Positions 29,141 to 40,179 of a stretch of DNA of 55,377 nt are shown piece after piece. The notes under the pieces were generated by a model, which saw only the letters and a program-made list of their open reading frames with translations, was not told the DNA's origin and searched no databases. Source of the stretch: a bacterium (GTDB lineage Bacteria; UBA8248); assembly GCA_965213685.1 (NCBI GenBank), contig CBDBZY010000050.1, positions 1 through 55,377 on the forward strand, read 5' to 3'. The translations under genes were made by a program, and so were the position numbers. Position 1 is the first letter of the stretch. Each line of letters begins with the position of its first letter.

Positions 29141-31664
29141 GTGACGCTACTCCATCGAGCGCCGCCTGCGTGGCGCATCGCCCGGCGCGAGCTCCGGGGG
29201 GGTGTGCGGGGCTTCCGTGTCTTCCTCGCCTGCCTGATCCTGGGGCGTCGCCACCACCGCCGCCGTCGGCTCGCTGGGCGAGGCGCTGAAGGCCGGCCTC
29301 GCCCGGGACGCGAAGATGATCCTGGGCGGCGACGTCGAGCTGGTGCAGTTCTCCCTGCCTCTCGCGGACGAGGCGATGGCCTGGCTCGACGCCAACACCA
29401 CCGCCATCTCCCACGTCGTCACCATGCGCGGGATGGCCCACCTGGAGGACGGGTCGAGCCGCTCGCTGGTGGAGCTCAAGGCGGTGGACGGCGCCTATCC
29501 ACTGGTGGACCGCGCGCGTCTGGAAGGCGGCACGGCGCTCGCGGACGCGCTGGCCGATGGCGGCGCCGCGGTCGAGAAGAGCCTGCTCGACCGCCTCGGG
29601 ATCGGGATCGGCGACAGGCTCCGGGTGGGCTCGGCGCTGCTCACCGTGCGCGCCGTGCTCGAACGCGAACCCGACAAGCTCACCTCGGGATTCGCGCTCG
29701 GCCCCCGGCTGATGATGGATCAGGCGTCGCTGGAGGCGACCGACCTGATCCATCCCGGCACCCTGGTGCGGCACCGCTACCGCGTGCTGGTGCCCGACGG
29801 CACCGACATGGCGGGATGGGTGGCCGGGTTGGAGGCGGCGTTCCCCGACGCCAACTGGCGGCTGCGCGACACCCGCGACGCCAACCCATCCCTCCGGCGC
29901 CAGCTCGACCGCGTCGGTCTGTTCCTCACCCTCGCCGGCCTCGCCGCCCTCCTGGTCGGCGGCATCGGCGTCGCCAGCGCCGTCTCCAGCCATCTGCACG
30001 GCAAGCTGCACACCGTCGCGACCCTCAAGTGCGTGGGCGCCACGCGCGCGACGGTGCAGCGCGCCTTCCTGCTTCAGATCGGCGCGCTCGGGCTCGGAGC
30101 CATCGCGGCAGGGCTCGTCATCGGCGCGGCGGCGCCACGCGTCCTCGCCGCGCTCATGGGCGACTCCCTGCCGGTGCCGCTGGCGGGCGTGATCCACGGC
30201 GCACCGCTCGCCCTGGCGGCAGCCTACGGCGCGCTCACGATGCTCGCCTTCTCGCTCTGGCCCCTGGGCCGCGCCGCGCGCACCCGGCCCGGCGTGCTCT
30301 TTCGAGGCGCCGCTGCGCCTGCGTCGGGCTGGCCGCCCTTGGCGGCGATCGCAGGCACGGTGCTCGCGGCAGGCGCACTTGCCGGCATCGCCGTCGCCAC
30401 CGCGCCGCGACCGAGTATCGCATTGGGGTTCGTCCTGGGCGCGCCTGCCGCGCTCGCGATCTTCAGGGCCGCCGCCGCCCTCGTGGTGATCCTGGCGCGT
30501 CGCACGCGCCCGCGCCGTCTGCCCGCGCTCAGGCTGGGCCTCGCCAATCTGGGCAGGCCGGGGGCGCCCACGGTCCCGGTCGCGATGTCGCTCGGCACCG
30601 GGCTTGCGGTGCTGGTGGCGATCGCGCTGGTCGAAGGCAATCTCGGCGCCCAGATCGGCCAGCATCGCGCCGAGGAGCGTCCCGAGTTCTTCTTCCTCGA
30701 TATCCAGAAGCATCAGATCGCGCCGTTCGAGCGGCTGGTGGAAAAGACCGACGGCGCGGAAAACGGCCGCCGGGTGCCGATGCTGCGCGGCCGCGTCGTG
30801 CGTATCGCGGGCGTCCCGGTGCGCGAGGCCAAGGTCGCCCCCGGCTCGGAATGGGTGGTGCAGAGCGATATCGGCCTCAGCTACGCCGCCGAGCAGCCGC
30901 CCAATGCGGAGATCGTTGCGGGAAAATGGTGGCCCGCCGACTACGACGGACCGCCGCTGGTCTCGCTCGCCGAAGAGGAGGCAGTCGATTTCGGACTGGA
31001 GATCGGGGACACCTTTTCGGTCAACGTGCTCGGACGCGAGTTCACGGCCGAGCTCGCGAGCCTGCGCAGGGTCGACTGGTCGGCGTTCGATATCAACTTC
31101 GTCGTGATATTCTCACCCGGAGTCCTGGAGGGAGCGCCGCAGACACAGCTCGCCACCGCGCACGCGACGCCGGAGGCGGAACCCGTGCTCGAGCGCGCGG
31201 TGACGGAGCACTTCGCCAACATCACGGCGATCCCCATACGCGCGATCATCGAGGCACTGGACGAGCTCATGGGGCGTATCGGCGTGGCGATTCAGGCAGT
31301 AGCCGGGCTCACGGTGGCCGCGGGCCTGCTGGTGCTGGCGGGCGCGACCGCCGCCGGTCACGAGCGCCGGGTTCACGACGCCGTCGTCTTCAAGGTGCTC
31401 GGCGCCCGGCGGGGCGACCTGCTACGCGCCTTCCTCGCCGAGCACATCCTGCTCGGCTGCGCCATCGCCGGGCTCGCCATCGGCATCGGCACGCTCGCCG
31501 CCTGGGCCTTCGTCACGCAGGTGCTCGACCTGCAATGGCGCTTCCTGCCCGAATACGTGGCCGTGACCGCCGCAGCCTGTATAACCATGACGCTCGTTCT
31601 CGGATTCGCGAGCACATGGCGCGCGCTCGGCCGCAAGGCCGCGCCCCTCTTGCGAGTGGAATAG
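29141..31664 (+). CDS. ybbP: FtsX-like ABC permease YbbP (frameshift ~29242)
   Basis: AWRIARRELRGG.RGF.VFLACL start, LGGD, ELKAVD..YPL, P.FFFLDIQ, LR.VDW....NF; tesA-ybbA-ybbP synteny. Confidence 0.88.
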
Positions 31665-32432
31665 ATGTACGGCCACGGAGCCCCCTCGCCCCCGAGGCTC
31701 AGGGTGTACGAAACGGTGGGTGAGGCCTTCCGGCTCACCTTCCGCAACTTCCGCACCATGCTCGGGTTCGCACTGGCGCCGATGGTGCTCGCGGTGCTGT
31801 TGCCGGCGGTCATGCGGCTCGACCTCGAGAGCATGGCCTCCGAAGAGCTGCTCGTCATTCACGCGCTCGCCCGGCTCTTCCTGCTCTCGGTGTTCGCGGT
31901 GGCCTGGCACCGCTACCTGCTGCTGGGGACGCGCGATACGGCCGTGCCGATACAATTCTGGCCCGGCATTCGGGACGTAAAGTACTTCGGCCGGCTGATC
32001 CTCTTCTTGCTGCCGCAGGAGATCATCCTGGTCGCGATGCAGGCGCAGGACCTGGTGCTGGTCCTGGTGCTGCTGCTGATTACGCTCTTCGTCGCCGCGC
32101 CGTTCGCGCTGGCCTTCCCGGCGACGGCGGTCGACAACTACCAGGGGCTCCTCGCCTCCCGGCGCATGCTGCGCGGCGCCACGCTTCAGCTCGTCGGCGC
32201 GATCCTGCTCTCCTTCGTGGCGATCACCGCCATCCTGTTTCTGCTCGGCGGCGTGCTGGGCTCGTTGATCCTCGCGACGTTTGGCCCCGGCGCGATGGTG
32301 TCGTTCTTCAACGCGCTCACCTTTCTCACCGTCAGCATCCCGGTGGCGGTGGTCTCGGTCGCCTACCGCAAGCTCAATACGCCGGGATCCCCGCTGGGAG
32401 CGGCAGGCAGCCCCCCGCCCACATCCGAATAG
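31665..32432 (+). CDS. Hypothetical multi-pass membrane protein
   Basis: 255-aa hydrophobic ORF directly after ybbP, with an AVAWHR.LLLG motif. Confidence 0.7.
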   Translation: MYGHGAPSPPRLRVYETVGEAFRLTFRNFRTMLGFALAPMVLAVLLPAVMRLDLESMASEELLVIHALARLFLLSVFAVAWHRYLLLGTRDTAVPIQFWPGIRDVKYFGRLILFLLPQEIILVAMQAQDLVLVLVLLLITLFVAAPFALAFPATAVDNYQGLLASRRMLRGATLQLVGAILLSFVAITAILFLLGGVLGSLILATFGPGAMVSFFNALTFLTVSIPVAVVSVAYRKLNTPGSPLGAAGSPPPTSE

Positions 32433-32477
32433 CCGCTTGCAGGCCCGTCGTTGAAGAAATGGTGATGCGCCCAGGCG

Positions 32478-32506
32478 TTGAAAGTCGGCCGCGGGCTTCC
32501 TAATAT
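32478..32506 (+). promoter_or_regulatory. Putative sigma70/RpoH-type promoter of yccA
   Basis: TTGAAA-17 bp-TAATAT (preceded by CC), ending 43 bp upstream of the ATG. Confidence 0.5.
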
Positions 32507-32549
32507 GAGTCTTCGAATCCGACACTTTGCCGCACTAGGGGACGCTTCG

Positions 32550-33266
32550 ATGGCACTCGGAACGCAAGGCCAGCCGTTCGCTGGCACGACTCTGACCCAG
32601 GCGCAGATCGACCAGGGTCTCCGGAGCTACATGCTCCGGGTCTACAACTACATGGCCTCGGGCCTAGCCCTTACGGGCGTCACCGCCTACGTGATCGCCA
32701 ATACCGGGCTCTTCAACGTGCTCTACGGCTCGGGCCTCGGCTTCGTGGTGATGCTGGCCCCGCTCGGCATCGTGTTCTTCCTGGGGATCAAGATCCAGAC
32801 CATGAAGCACACCACGGCGCAGTGGTTGTTCTGGGTCTTCTCGATCCTCATGGGGGCCTCGCTCTCCTACATCTTCATGGCCTACACGGCGACCAGCATC
32901 GTCCGGGTGTTCTTCATCACCATGGGCATGTTCGGGGCCATGAGCCTTTACGGCTACACCACCAAGCGCTCGCTGGTCTCGTGGGGCTCGTTCCTGTTCA
33001 TGGGCCTGATCGGCGTCATCATCGCGATGGTGGTGAACATCTTTCTGCAGTCGGAATTGATGTACTTCGTGATCTCGGTGGTCGGCGTGCTGGTCTTCCT
33101 CGGCCTCACCGCCTACGACACCCAGCGGATCAAGGATGTCTATCGCGAGACCGACGGTCAGGCGGTCATGGTGAAGAAGTCGGTGATGGGCGCGCTCTCG
33201 CTCTACCTCAACTTCATCAACATCTTCATCCTGCTGCTGCATCTCTTCGGCGCCGCACGAGAATAG
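32550..33266 (+). CDS. Bax inhibitor-1/YccA family membrane protein
   Basis: IDQGLRSYMLRVYNYM, SLYGYTTKR, TAYDTQRIK, ALSLYL.FINIF. Confidence 0.93.
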   Translation: MALGTQGQPFAGTTLTQAQIDQGLRSYMLRVYNYMASGLALTGVTAYVIANTGLFNVLYGSGLGFVVMLAPLGIVFFLGIKIQTMKHTTAQWLFWVFSILMGASLSYIFMAYTATSIVRVFFITMGMFGAMSLYGYTTKRSLVSWGSFLFMGLIGVIIAMVVNIFLQSELMYFVISVVGVLVFLGLTAYDTQRIKDVYRETDGQAVMVKKSVMGALSLYLNFINIFILLLHLFGAARE

Positions 33267-33288
33267 CGGCTCTGCTGTACTAGGACGG

Positions 33289-33322
33289 AGGGCACCGGGC
33301 AGCCAACGCCCGGTGCCCTTTT
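33289..33322 (+). terminator. Rho-independent terminator
   Basis: agggcaccgggc-7 nt loop-gcccggtgccct followed by TTT. Confidence 0.85.
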
Positions 33323-33331
33323 CGTTGAACG

Positions 33332-34111
33332 ATGCTCGCGGCATTTCAGCGCTCGCTCACCTACTATCCCGACCGGACCCGACCGACTCCAGCCGAGTCG
33401 GACGTTCCCGAGCTTGAGCCGGTCACGCTCGAGACCGAGGACGGGCTCTCCCTGCTCGCCTGGTACGCGCCGCCCCGCGCCGAGGGCGCCCCGAGCCTGA
33501 TCTACTTCCACGGCAACGCCGGCCACATCGGCATGCGGGGCTTCAAAGTACGTGCCTATCTCAATGCCGGGCTCGGCGTCCTGCTCACCACCTGGCGCGG
33601 CTACAGCGGCAATCCGGGCACGCCGACCGAGGACGGTCTCTACGCGGACGGCCGCGCGGCCCGCGCCTTTCTCCGGGCGCGTGGCTGCGGCGACGCTCAG
33701 CAAGTCCTCTACGGGGAATCCCTGGGCACCGGCGTCGCGGTCCACCTTGCGCGGGAAGCCTCACCCGCGGCCCTGGTGCTCGAAGCACCCTTCAGCTCGG
33801 TCGTGGATATCGCCTCTGGCCGCTTTCCGCTGCTCCCCGTCAGGCCCTTGATCGTGGACCGCTTCGATTCGGCGGCCAAGATCGGCAAGGTCGCGGCCCC
33901 TGTCCTGATCGTGCACGGTGAGCGCGACCGAACCATCCCCGTGCGCCTCGCGCGCAAGCTGTTCAAGCGGGCGCGCGAGCCCAAGGAGGGGGTGTTCATC
34001 CCCAAGGCCGACCACGCCGACCTCGTAGACTTCGGCCTGCCCACCTACGTACTAGAATTCCTGTCCCGCCACGGTCTTGTGCCGGCCGCCGCGACAGAAA
34101 ATCCGGATTGA
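33332..34111 (+). CDS. Alpha/beta hydrolase (ABHD13/BEM46-like)
   Basis: YFHGNAG, GESLG nucleophile, HGERD, H of the catalytic triad. Confidence 0.9.
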   Translation: MLAAFQRSLTYYPDRTRPTPAESDVPELEPVTLETEDGLSLLAWYAPPRAEGAPSLIYFHGNAGHIGMRGFKVRAYLNAGLGVLLTTWRGYSGNPGTPTEDGLYADGRAARAFLRARGCGDAQQVLYGESLGTGVAVHLAREASPAALVLEAPFSSVVDIASGRFPLLPVRPLIVDRFDSAAKIGKVAAPVLIVHGERDRTIPVRLARKLFKRAREPKEGVFIPKADHADLVDFGLPTYVLEFLSRHGLVPAAATENPD

Positions 34112-34136
34112 TCCCAATTTGGGATCACAATATTAT
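34108..34136 (+). promoter_or_regulatory. higBA promoter with an overlapping palindromic operator
   Basis: TTGATC-17 bp-TATTAT; perfect inverted repeat TGATCCCAA-T-TTGGGATCA at 34109-34127. Confidence 0.75.
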
Positions 34137-34143
34137 TCGTGCA

Positions 34144-34446
34144 GTGAGAGTTATCGCGCTTTCAACCTTGAGGCGGTTTATCGAGACGGAGGATATTCGC
34201 GCCGAGGCTCGCGAGCCGGTAATGGCATGGTACCGCCAGGTCAAGGCGGCGGACTGGGCCAATCCCGCCGAGGTCAAGCGGGAAATCAGAAGCGCGAGCA
34301 TTCTCAAGGACGGCAGGGCGGTGTTCAACATCGCCGGCAACAAGTACCGCGTCGTGGTGTGGATCAACTATCCGTACCGTGTCGTTTACATACGGTTCAT
34401 CGGCAGCCATCGGGCCTATGACACCATCGATGCCCAGACAATTTGA
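34144..34446 (+). CDS. higB: Type II toxin HigB (RelE-like mRNA interferase)
   Basis: MRVIA..TL..F, W..P.EVK....ASI, VFNIAGNKYR, IRFIGSH..YD. Confidence 0.92.
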   Translation: MRVIALSTLRRFIETEDIRAEAREPVMAWYRQVKAADWANPAEVKREIRSASILKDGRAVFNIAGNKYRVVVWINYPYRVVYIRFIGSHRAYDTIDAQTI

Positions 34447-34456
34447 GGGGCAACCC

Positions 34457-34831
34457 ATGGATATCGCACCGATCAAGACCAAACGTGACCACCGACGTGC
34501 GCTGAAGGAAATCGAGGGCCTGATGACGGCGAAACGGAATACGCCAGAAGGCGACCGTCTCGACGTCCTCGTGACCCTCGTCGAGGCCTGGGAGGCCAAG
34601 CATTATCCCCTCGACCTGCCCGACCCGGTCGCCGCGATTCGCTATCACATGGAGCAAAACGGGCTGACACCGAAGGATCTCGTTCCCTACATCGGCAGCC
34701 GAAGCCGGGTTTACGAGGTCCTCAACCGCAAGCGTCCGCTGAGCCTGCGAATGATCTGGCGGCTACACCGAGGATTGGGCATTCCGGCGGAATCCCTGAT
34801 TAAGCTTGATTCAACCGTGGCCGCCGGTTGA
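34457..34831 (+). CDS. higA: Type II antitoxin HigA (HTH)
   Basis: PIKT..D...AL..I..L, TPEGDRLDVL.TLVEAWE, DPV.AI...MEQ.GL..KDL...IGSRSRV.EVLNRKR.LSL.MI..LH..LGIPAE. Confidence 0.93.
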   Translation: MDIAPIKTKRDHRRALKEIEGLMTAKRNTPEGDRLDVLVTLVEAWEAKHYPLDLPDPVAAIRYHMEQNGLTPKDLVPYIGSRSRVYEVLNRKRPLSLRMIWRLHRGLGIPAESLIKLDSTVAAG

Positions 34832-34859
34832 ACGAGAAGACCGGGCTCACTCCTGAGAG

Positions 34860-35576
34860 TTACTCTGCCGCCCCCATCTGCCGGGCGAGGGCCACGAAGT
34901 CCGGCACCACGGCCTCCCAGTCGTCGCTGGGGGCGAGATCGGGTTTGCCGACCGGACCATCGCCGTACTCTTCGGGGCGCGACACGAAGGCCGTCTTGAG
35001 CCCCGCTTCGCGCGCCGCCGCGAGGTCGAAGTTGTGCGCGGCGACCATCATCACCGCCTCCGGCGCGAGGCCGAGAGCGGCGGCAGAGGCGCGGTAGACC
35101 GCCGCCTGCGGCTTGTAGTCGAGCGCGATATCGGCGCCGACGATGGCGTCCCAGGGCAGCCCGGCGGAGCGCGCGAGCCGCGCCATCATCGCGATCGAGC
35201 CGTTGGAACAAGGCGCGAGGAGATAGCGGCCGTGCAGGGCCTCCAGGCCAGGCGCGACATCCGGCCACGGCGGTAGCTTCTCCCAAGCCCGGTTGAGGCG
35301 CGCGCGGCCCTCGTCGTCCACAGCGTCGTCGAGCCCGAACTCCGCGAGCGTCGCGTCCAGATTCTCGCGATGGAGCACGTCGAGCACCGTGTAGCCGCGC
35401 CGCCCGGACCGAATCTCCTCCATCGAGGGCTGGTACTTGGCCCGCCACGAGTCCGCGAAAGCGATGGAATCGACCTGATGCTCCGAATCCGCGAAGAACG
35501 CCTCGACCTCGCGGGCGACTCCGGTGCGCCAGTCGACCACCGTGCCGAACACGTCGAAGATCAGGGCCTCGATCAT
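34860..35576 (-). CDS. Haloacid dehalogenase type II
   Basis: FDVFGTVVDW, W...Y, SNG, YKP, MVAAH..DL. Confidence 0.92.
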   Translation of the reverse strand: MIEALIFDVFGTVVDWRTGVAREVEAFFADSEHQVDSIAFADSWRAKYQPSMEEIRSGRRGYTVLDVLHRENLDATLAEFGLDDAVDDEGRARLNRAWEKLPPWPDVAPGLEALHGRYLLAPCSNGSIAMMARLARSAGLPWDAIVGADIALDYKPQAAVYRASAAALGLAPEAVMMVAAHNFDLAAAREAGLKTAFVSRPEEYGDGPVGKPDLAPSDDWEAVVPDFVALARQMGAAE

Positions 35577-35622
35577 CGCGGCCTCATGCGCCAAAAGTTA
35601 TGGGACCGAAGATGGTCGGCGC

Positions 35623-36142
35623 TCAGCGCGCCTCCACGGACCAGGTGTGGCCCGTCCGCAGCAGGGCGTCGATGCCGGCGGCCTTCGATGTCGCCTTGGC
35701 GTCCTCGATCTGCGCGTAGACCGCAGCCTCGTAGCTCTCTTCCGGGCTGCAGAAGAGCACGCCGAGCGCCACGGGGAAGTCCGGCGGCTCCATCTCCGCC
35801 AGGATGCCGGCGAGCGGCCGGTTGGTCTGGTCGTGAACCAGGAGCTCGGACTCGTCCACGCCGCCCTCGCCGAGCGGCACCACCTCCAGCGAGAACGTGC
35901 CGGGCGCGAGCCGGAGCCCGCGGTCCCGTTCCCTGCCGAAGATCAGCGGCTTGCCGTGCTCCAGGAAGATTTGCGTCTCCGGTGCGTTCTTGCGCTCGGC
36001 AAACGCATCGAACGCGCCGTCGTTGTAGACGATGCAGTTCTGGAAGATTTCCAGGAACGAGGTTCCTTTGTGCGCGTGCGCCGCCTTGAGGATGTCGGGA
36101 AGCCGCTTCTGGTCGGTGTCGATCGCGCGGGCGACGAAGCGG
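35623..36142 (-). pseudogene. 3' part only of a 2-oxoacid:ferredoxin oxidoreductase beta subunit (KorB-like)
   Basis: Manual reading from 36142: RFVARAIDTDQKRLPDILKAAHAHKGTSFLEIFQNCIVYNDGAF...LEHGKPLIFG...LLVHD...FPVALGVL; the N-terminal WCPGCG/GDG region is absent. Confidence 0.8.
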
Positions 36143-38733
36143 TGAGCTCAGGCAGGGCCGGGTCGATTCCGCCTGGAGTGCCGCAACTCGCTCCCGGCAC
36201 CGAGATGAGGGGCTGGGGCGTCTCGGCATCGACGGACCAGCGCAGGTGGGCGGTCAGCGTGGTGAGGAGGTTTCCGGCCGCTGCCTCCGCGATGAGCTCG
36301 GAGCGCGAGAGCGTCGCATTCCCCACGCGGTAGGTACCGGTCCCCTCACGGAACGAGACGGTCACCGGAGAGCCGTTGCGCAGGCCCGCTCCGCGGAGAT
36401 TGACCAGGCCGCGGATATCGCTCGTCTCGAGGTCGGCGAGGATCGTCTCCGCCTCGCAAGCCGGGCACCCGCTCGCCGTGGCTACGTCGAGGGTCACCTG
36501 CCGGGCGAAGGCGCCGGACACGCCGGTACCCGCCTCCTCGAGCATCTGGAAGATCGCGTTCGCGCCCACGCCGTACACGGGAACGAAGAGCGTCGAGAAC
36601 GCGGCGAAGAAGGTGGTCCGTTCGTCGAGGGGCTGAAAGGTCGGGCTCCAGGATACCGTGGCCTGGAGGAACTCTTCCGCCGCGGTGATCCCCAGGGAGA
36701 ACTGAACGAAGCGGTCACCGAGACCCCGGAGGCTCGGTACGTCGAAGCCCTCGAGCTCCGCCGAGTTCGTGCCGGCCATGAGGGGCGGTGCGTGACACCC
36801 GAGATCGGCACAGGTGGCCCGCTCGTCTCCGCCGAATCCGCCCCGGTCCGTGAAGAAGTCCCGGAATCCGTCTGCCGCGGTGGCGGAGATCTGGTCGTTC
36901 CCTGGGCGGGAGCGCGCCGGGGCGTGGGCAATGGACTGGAGGAAGGACGCGAGATGGTCGCGAGTCGCCGGATCGAACGCCCCTCCACCTGCGCATCCGT
37001 CACCCTGGTCGCACATGACCCGGGACAGGCTGGCATCGACGAGCTGGCGGACGCAGGCGTCCGGGTCGGCTGGCGTGCAGCTCGCCGCCACCACGCCTCC
37101 TGCGCCCACCACTCCGTTGCTTCCACCGAAGGGGTCGCCGAGGCTTCCGTCCCAGTGCAGCGGAAGGGTGTCCCGAAGTCCCCGAAGTGAGAGTGCCAGG
37201 CGAGGCTCGTCCTGCCCCGCGACACAGCCCGGAAGCATGCATTCCCCACCGATCCGCCACAGGAGGTGGTCGGTATGGCCGTCCGGATGGCAGCTGGCAC
37301 ACGCGAAGCTTCCGGAGCTGGAGGCAGCGGCGCTGTTGAACGCGATCCTGCCCAGGCGCAAGGGTTCCGGTGTGGGATCTTCTCCCACGGAACCGTGGCG
37401 ACGAGAGCCGGGCTGGACGGCGCCGAGACGTCTAGGACGCTCACCGAGTTCCCCAGGGAGTTCAGCACGTAGGCCGTCTGGGGAGCACCCGACGGCGCCG
37501 AGCGGAGGGCGATGCCCCGGGGATTGGCTCCAACCGCGAGGTGGGCGATGGATTGCGTCCCGACGTCGAACGTGAACAGACGATCGGAACCCGCGGCCGT
37601 TCCCACCAGCGTCGAAGCGTCGTCGCTGATCGAGACGCCGTAGGGCGTAGCGAGGGGGACACTGTGGGAGTCGAGGGAGATCCGGTCGGAGGCGGGGTCG
37701 AACGAGCAGGAGCCACCTCCACAATCGATGGTTGATAGTTGGTTGAGGAAGGGCCCGGTTCTCCAGGTCCTCCAGATCGGTGAACCCGTCGCCATTGACA
37801 TCGTCGCTCTCCCGGCCATTCACGTGATTGCGGGCATCCGTCTGGGTGACATACGCGCGGCCGGCGCCGTCGCTCGTCACGCCATAGAGGAGCGTTCCCA
37901 CCGATGCGACCGGACTGCCGGCTACCGGAGCATTCGTTGCGGTGTCAAAGACGAAGAGGTCGCGATCCGGAAGGTCCGGATCGACCACGATGTTCAGCAC
38001 CCGATCCGGGAGCGTCCGGGCTGAAGTTGAACGAGATGAAGTCGAAGAGGTCGAGGGTGCACTGGTCCGATCCGTCGATCGTGGCGCAGGCGGAGATCTC
38101 GGTCTGATTGCCGGACTCGAAGGCGGCGACGAAGAGGAGCTCCGGAGCGGAAGGGCCTGGCCCTGCCGGCCCGACGGCCAGGGCGCGAGGGTCCTGGGCG
38201 GAGATGGCGAGGTGGCCGGATATCGCGTAGGAGGCCGTGTCGATCACCGCGATCCGGTTGCTCGACGACAGCGCCACGTACGCCTTCGCGCCTCCTTGGG
38301 CGAACACGATGCCCACCGGTTCGTCGAAGTCCGACACCCCCGCCGGATCGATCGCTTGAATCGTTCGGATCACCTGGCCCCGTGTAGGACTCTCCGGATC
38401 GACGTCCACGACGCTGACGGAATCGGAGACGTGATTCGACACCCAGAGCTCGTCACCACTGGGGTGTGCCGCCAGGCCCACCGGTTCCACACCGACGGCC
38501 ACGCGATCCGTGAGCGTCAGGCTCTCCGTGTCGAGGATGTCCACCTGATTGCTGGTGGTCGAGGCCACGAACAGCTGGGATCCGTCGGGTGAGAGCGCGA
38601 CGGGGTTGGATTGAGGCCCCTCGAAGAGCCGATGGCCCGGAGATTCGTGGCCGGAGCCGCCGCAAGTGGGAGCCGACAAGGCGATCGCGGCGGCAGCGAG
38701 GGCGCCCGAGAGGATGAGCCGGCCGGGCTGCAC
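36143..38733 (-). CDS. Secreted YncE/YVTN beta-propeller plus c-type cytochrome domain protein (frameshifted, 3'-truncated at the junction)
   Basis: Signal peptide, PVALSPDG..LFVA, VG.EPVG, ELWVSNHVSDSVSV; CASCH and CADLGCH motifs; PLHWDG, VPSLRG; split across ORFs 37945..38733, 36494..37819 and 35943..38000. Confidence 0.7.
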
Positions 38734-38739
38734 GGGGGG

Positions 38740-40090
38740 TCAGCTCCGGTCGGGAAGAGGCATGCCCGCGTCGTGTCGCCGTCTCAGCACGGCACCGAGG
38801 GCGACGAGCGCAGGCACCGCCAGGCCCGACCCTGTGCCCCCGGATCCGCAGCCCCGGGCGGTCTCACGAGAATCGTACTGGCTGGAGCATCCCGAGTCGT
38901 TCGGATAGTCGGCGAAACCGTCGCCATCGTTGTCGAGGCCATCGGAGCACGCAGGAGGGAGATGCAAGACCCAGGTGTCGTAGTAGTACTCGCTGTCGAA
39001 GCGATGGCCGTAGCCCACGATGGTCCGGTCCGTCCTCGCTGATGCCGCGGGCCTTGCCGAGCCACTGCCATTCCGAAAGATCGATTCCGTAGGATTCGAT
39101 GACGTCGCGCAAACCGCGCATTCCGTGGGCGTGGTCCCATACGAAGGGCTCGAAGCCGTAGAAGGTCTGATCGCCACCGATCGCAATCTTCCCGTTCGCC
39201 GATATGTCGTAGACCACGCTGTAGTCCGAGGTCGAGCCGGCCAGATGGCCGAGTCCGACCATCCCGGTCTCTTCCGTCCAGAGATAGGCTTCGTGCCCGG
39301 CTGGCGTCGAGCCCCAGCCGCCGATCGCCGTTCCGTCGTCCGACATCGCAGAACTGACGCTCGTGTGGACTCCGCCAGGCAGGTCTCCGAGAAAGGTTGC
39401 GCCATCGGCATCGGTGTAACGGAAGGCTTCGATCCCACCGCCCCCGATCGCCGTGCCAGCAATCACTTCGCCGTCCGCCGATACGGAGAATGCCGCGGAG
39501 AACAGGCTCGGCGCGTTGATGGGAAGTTCTTCGATCCCCGCCGAGGTCCAGCGGACTGCCCGGCGGGTTCCATAGACCGTGTTGGGTCCAATGGTTCCGG
39601 AGCCCACGATGACGGACCCGTCGGCCGAGATCCCGCTCACATAGCTGATGTAGGGCCCGCCCGGCAGGTCGCCGAGTGAGACGAGGCCATTCACGGCGTC
39701 CCATCGGAAGACTTCGCTCCGATTGCCGGCGACCTGGCCGAGTGCCTCGTGGAACGCGACCGCAACGACGGATCCATCCGCCGAGACGGCACGAGATTCT
39801 CCGTCGTGTGCCCACGCTGGGGGCGGGCCGATGCTGAAGGACTCTTCCTCGGTCCAGTAGAGGGGCATCTGGTTCAGCTGAGGGTGTGCGGGATCGATGG
39901 TCCTGCCGATCAGCGTCGATCCGTCGGCGGAGATGCCGTAGGGGCCGTTGATGTGGGCACCCGTGCTGGTGTCCGTCAGGATCTCGAGCGAGGCCTGGGC
40001 GTTCGCGTTCCCGCCGTACACGGCAGTGGCGAGGAGGACCGCGCCGACCAGCTTTCGCGAGACGCGCAGCGGCGACGGTATGCTGTCCAT
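38740..40090 (-). CDS. HAF-repeat extracellular protein with a Ca-binding motif and a C-terminal Cys/TM/Arg sorting-like tail (frameshift ~39030)
   Basis: Repeated [VI]SADGS.[VI].G / LGDLPGG / EAF.W units; tail CSDGLDNDGDGFADYPNDSGC...GCG...LAVPALVALGAVLRRRH. Confidence 0.8.
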
Positions 40091-40179
40091 GGGGTCGGCC
40101 TCGGTCGAGGAACGGGGATCAGTGTACAATGAATCCGCGCTGCAGTGGGTCCTCCAAATGGTCCGAAGGATGCTCGAGA

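Noticed and set aside
35943-36142. C-terminal tail of ORF 35943..38000
   Set aside because: It is off-frame read-through into the KorB-like fragment past the junction.
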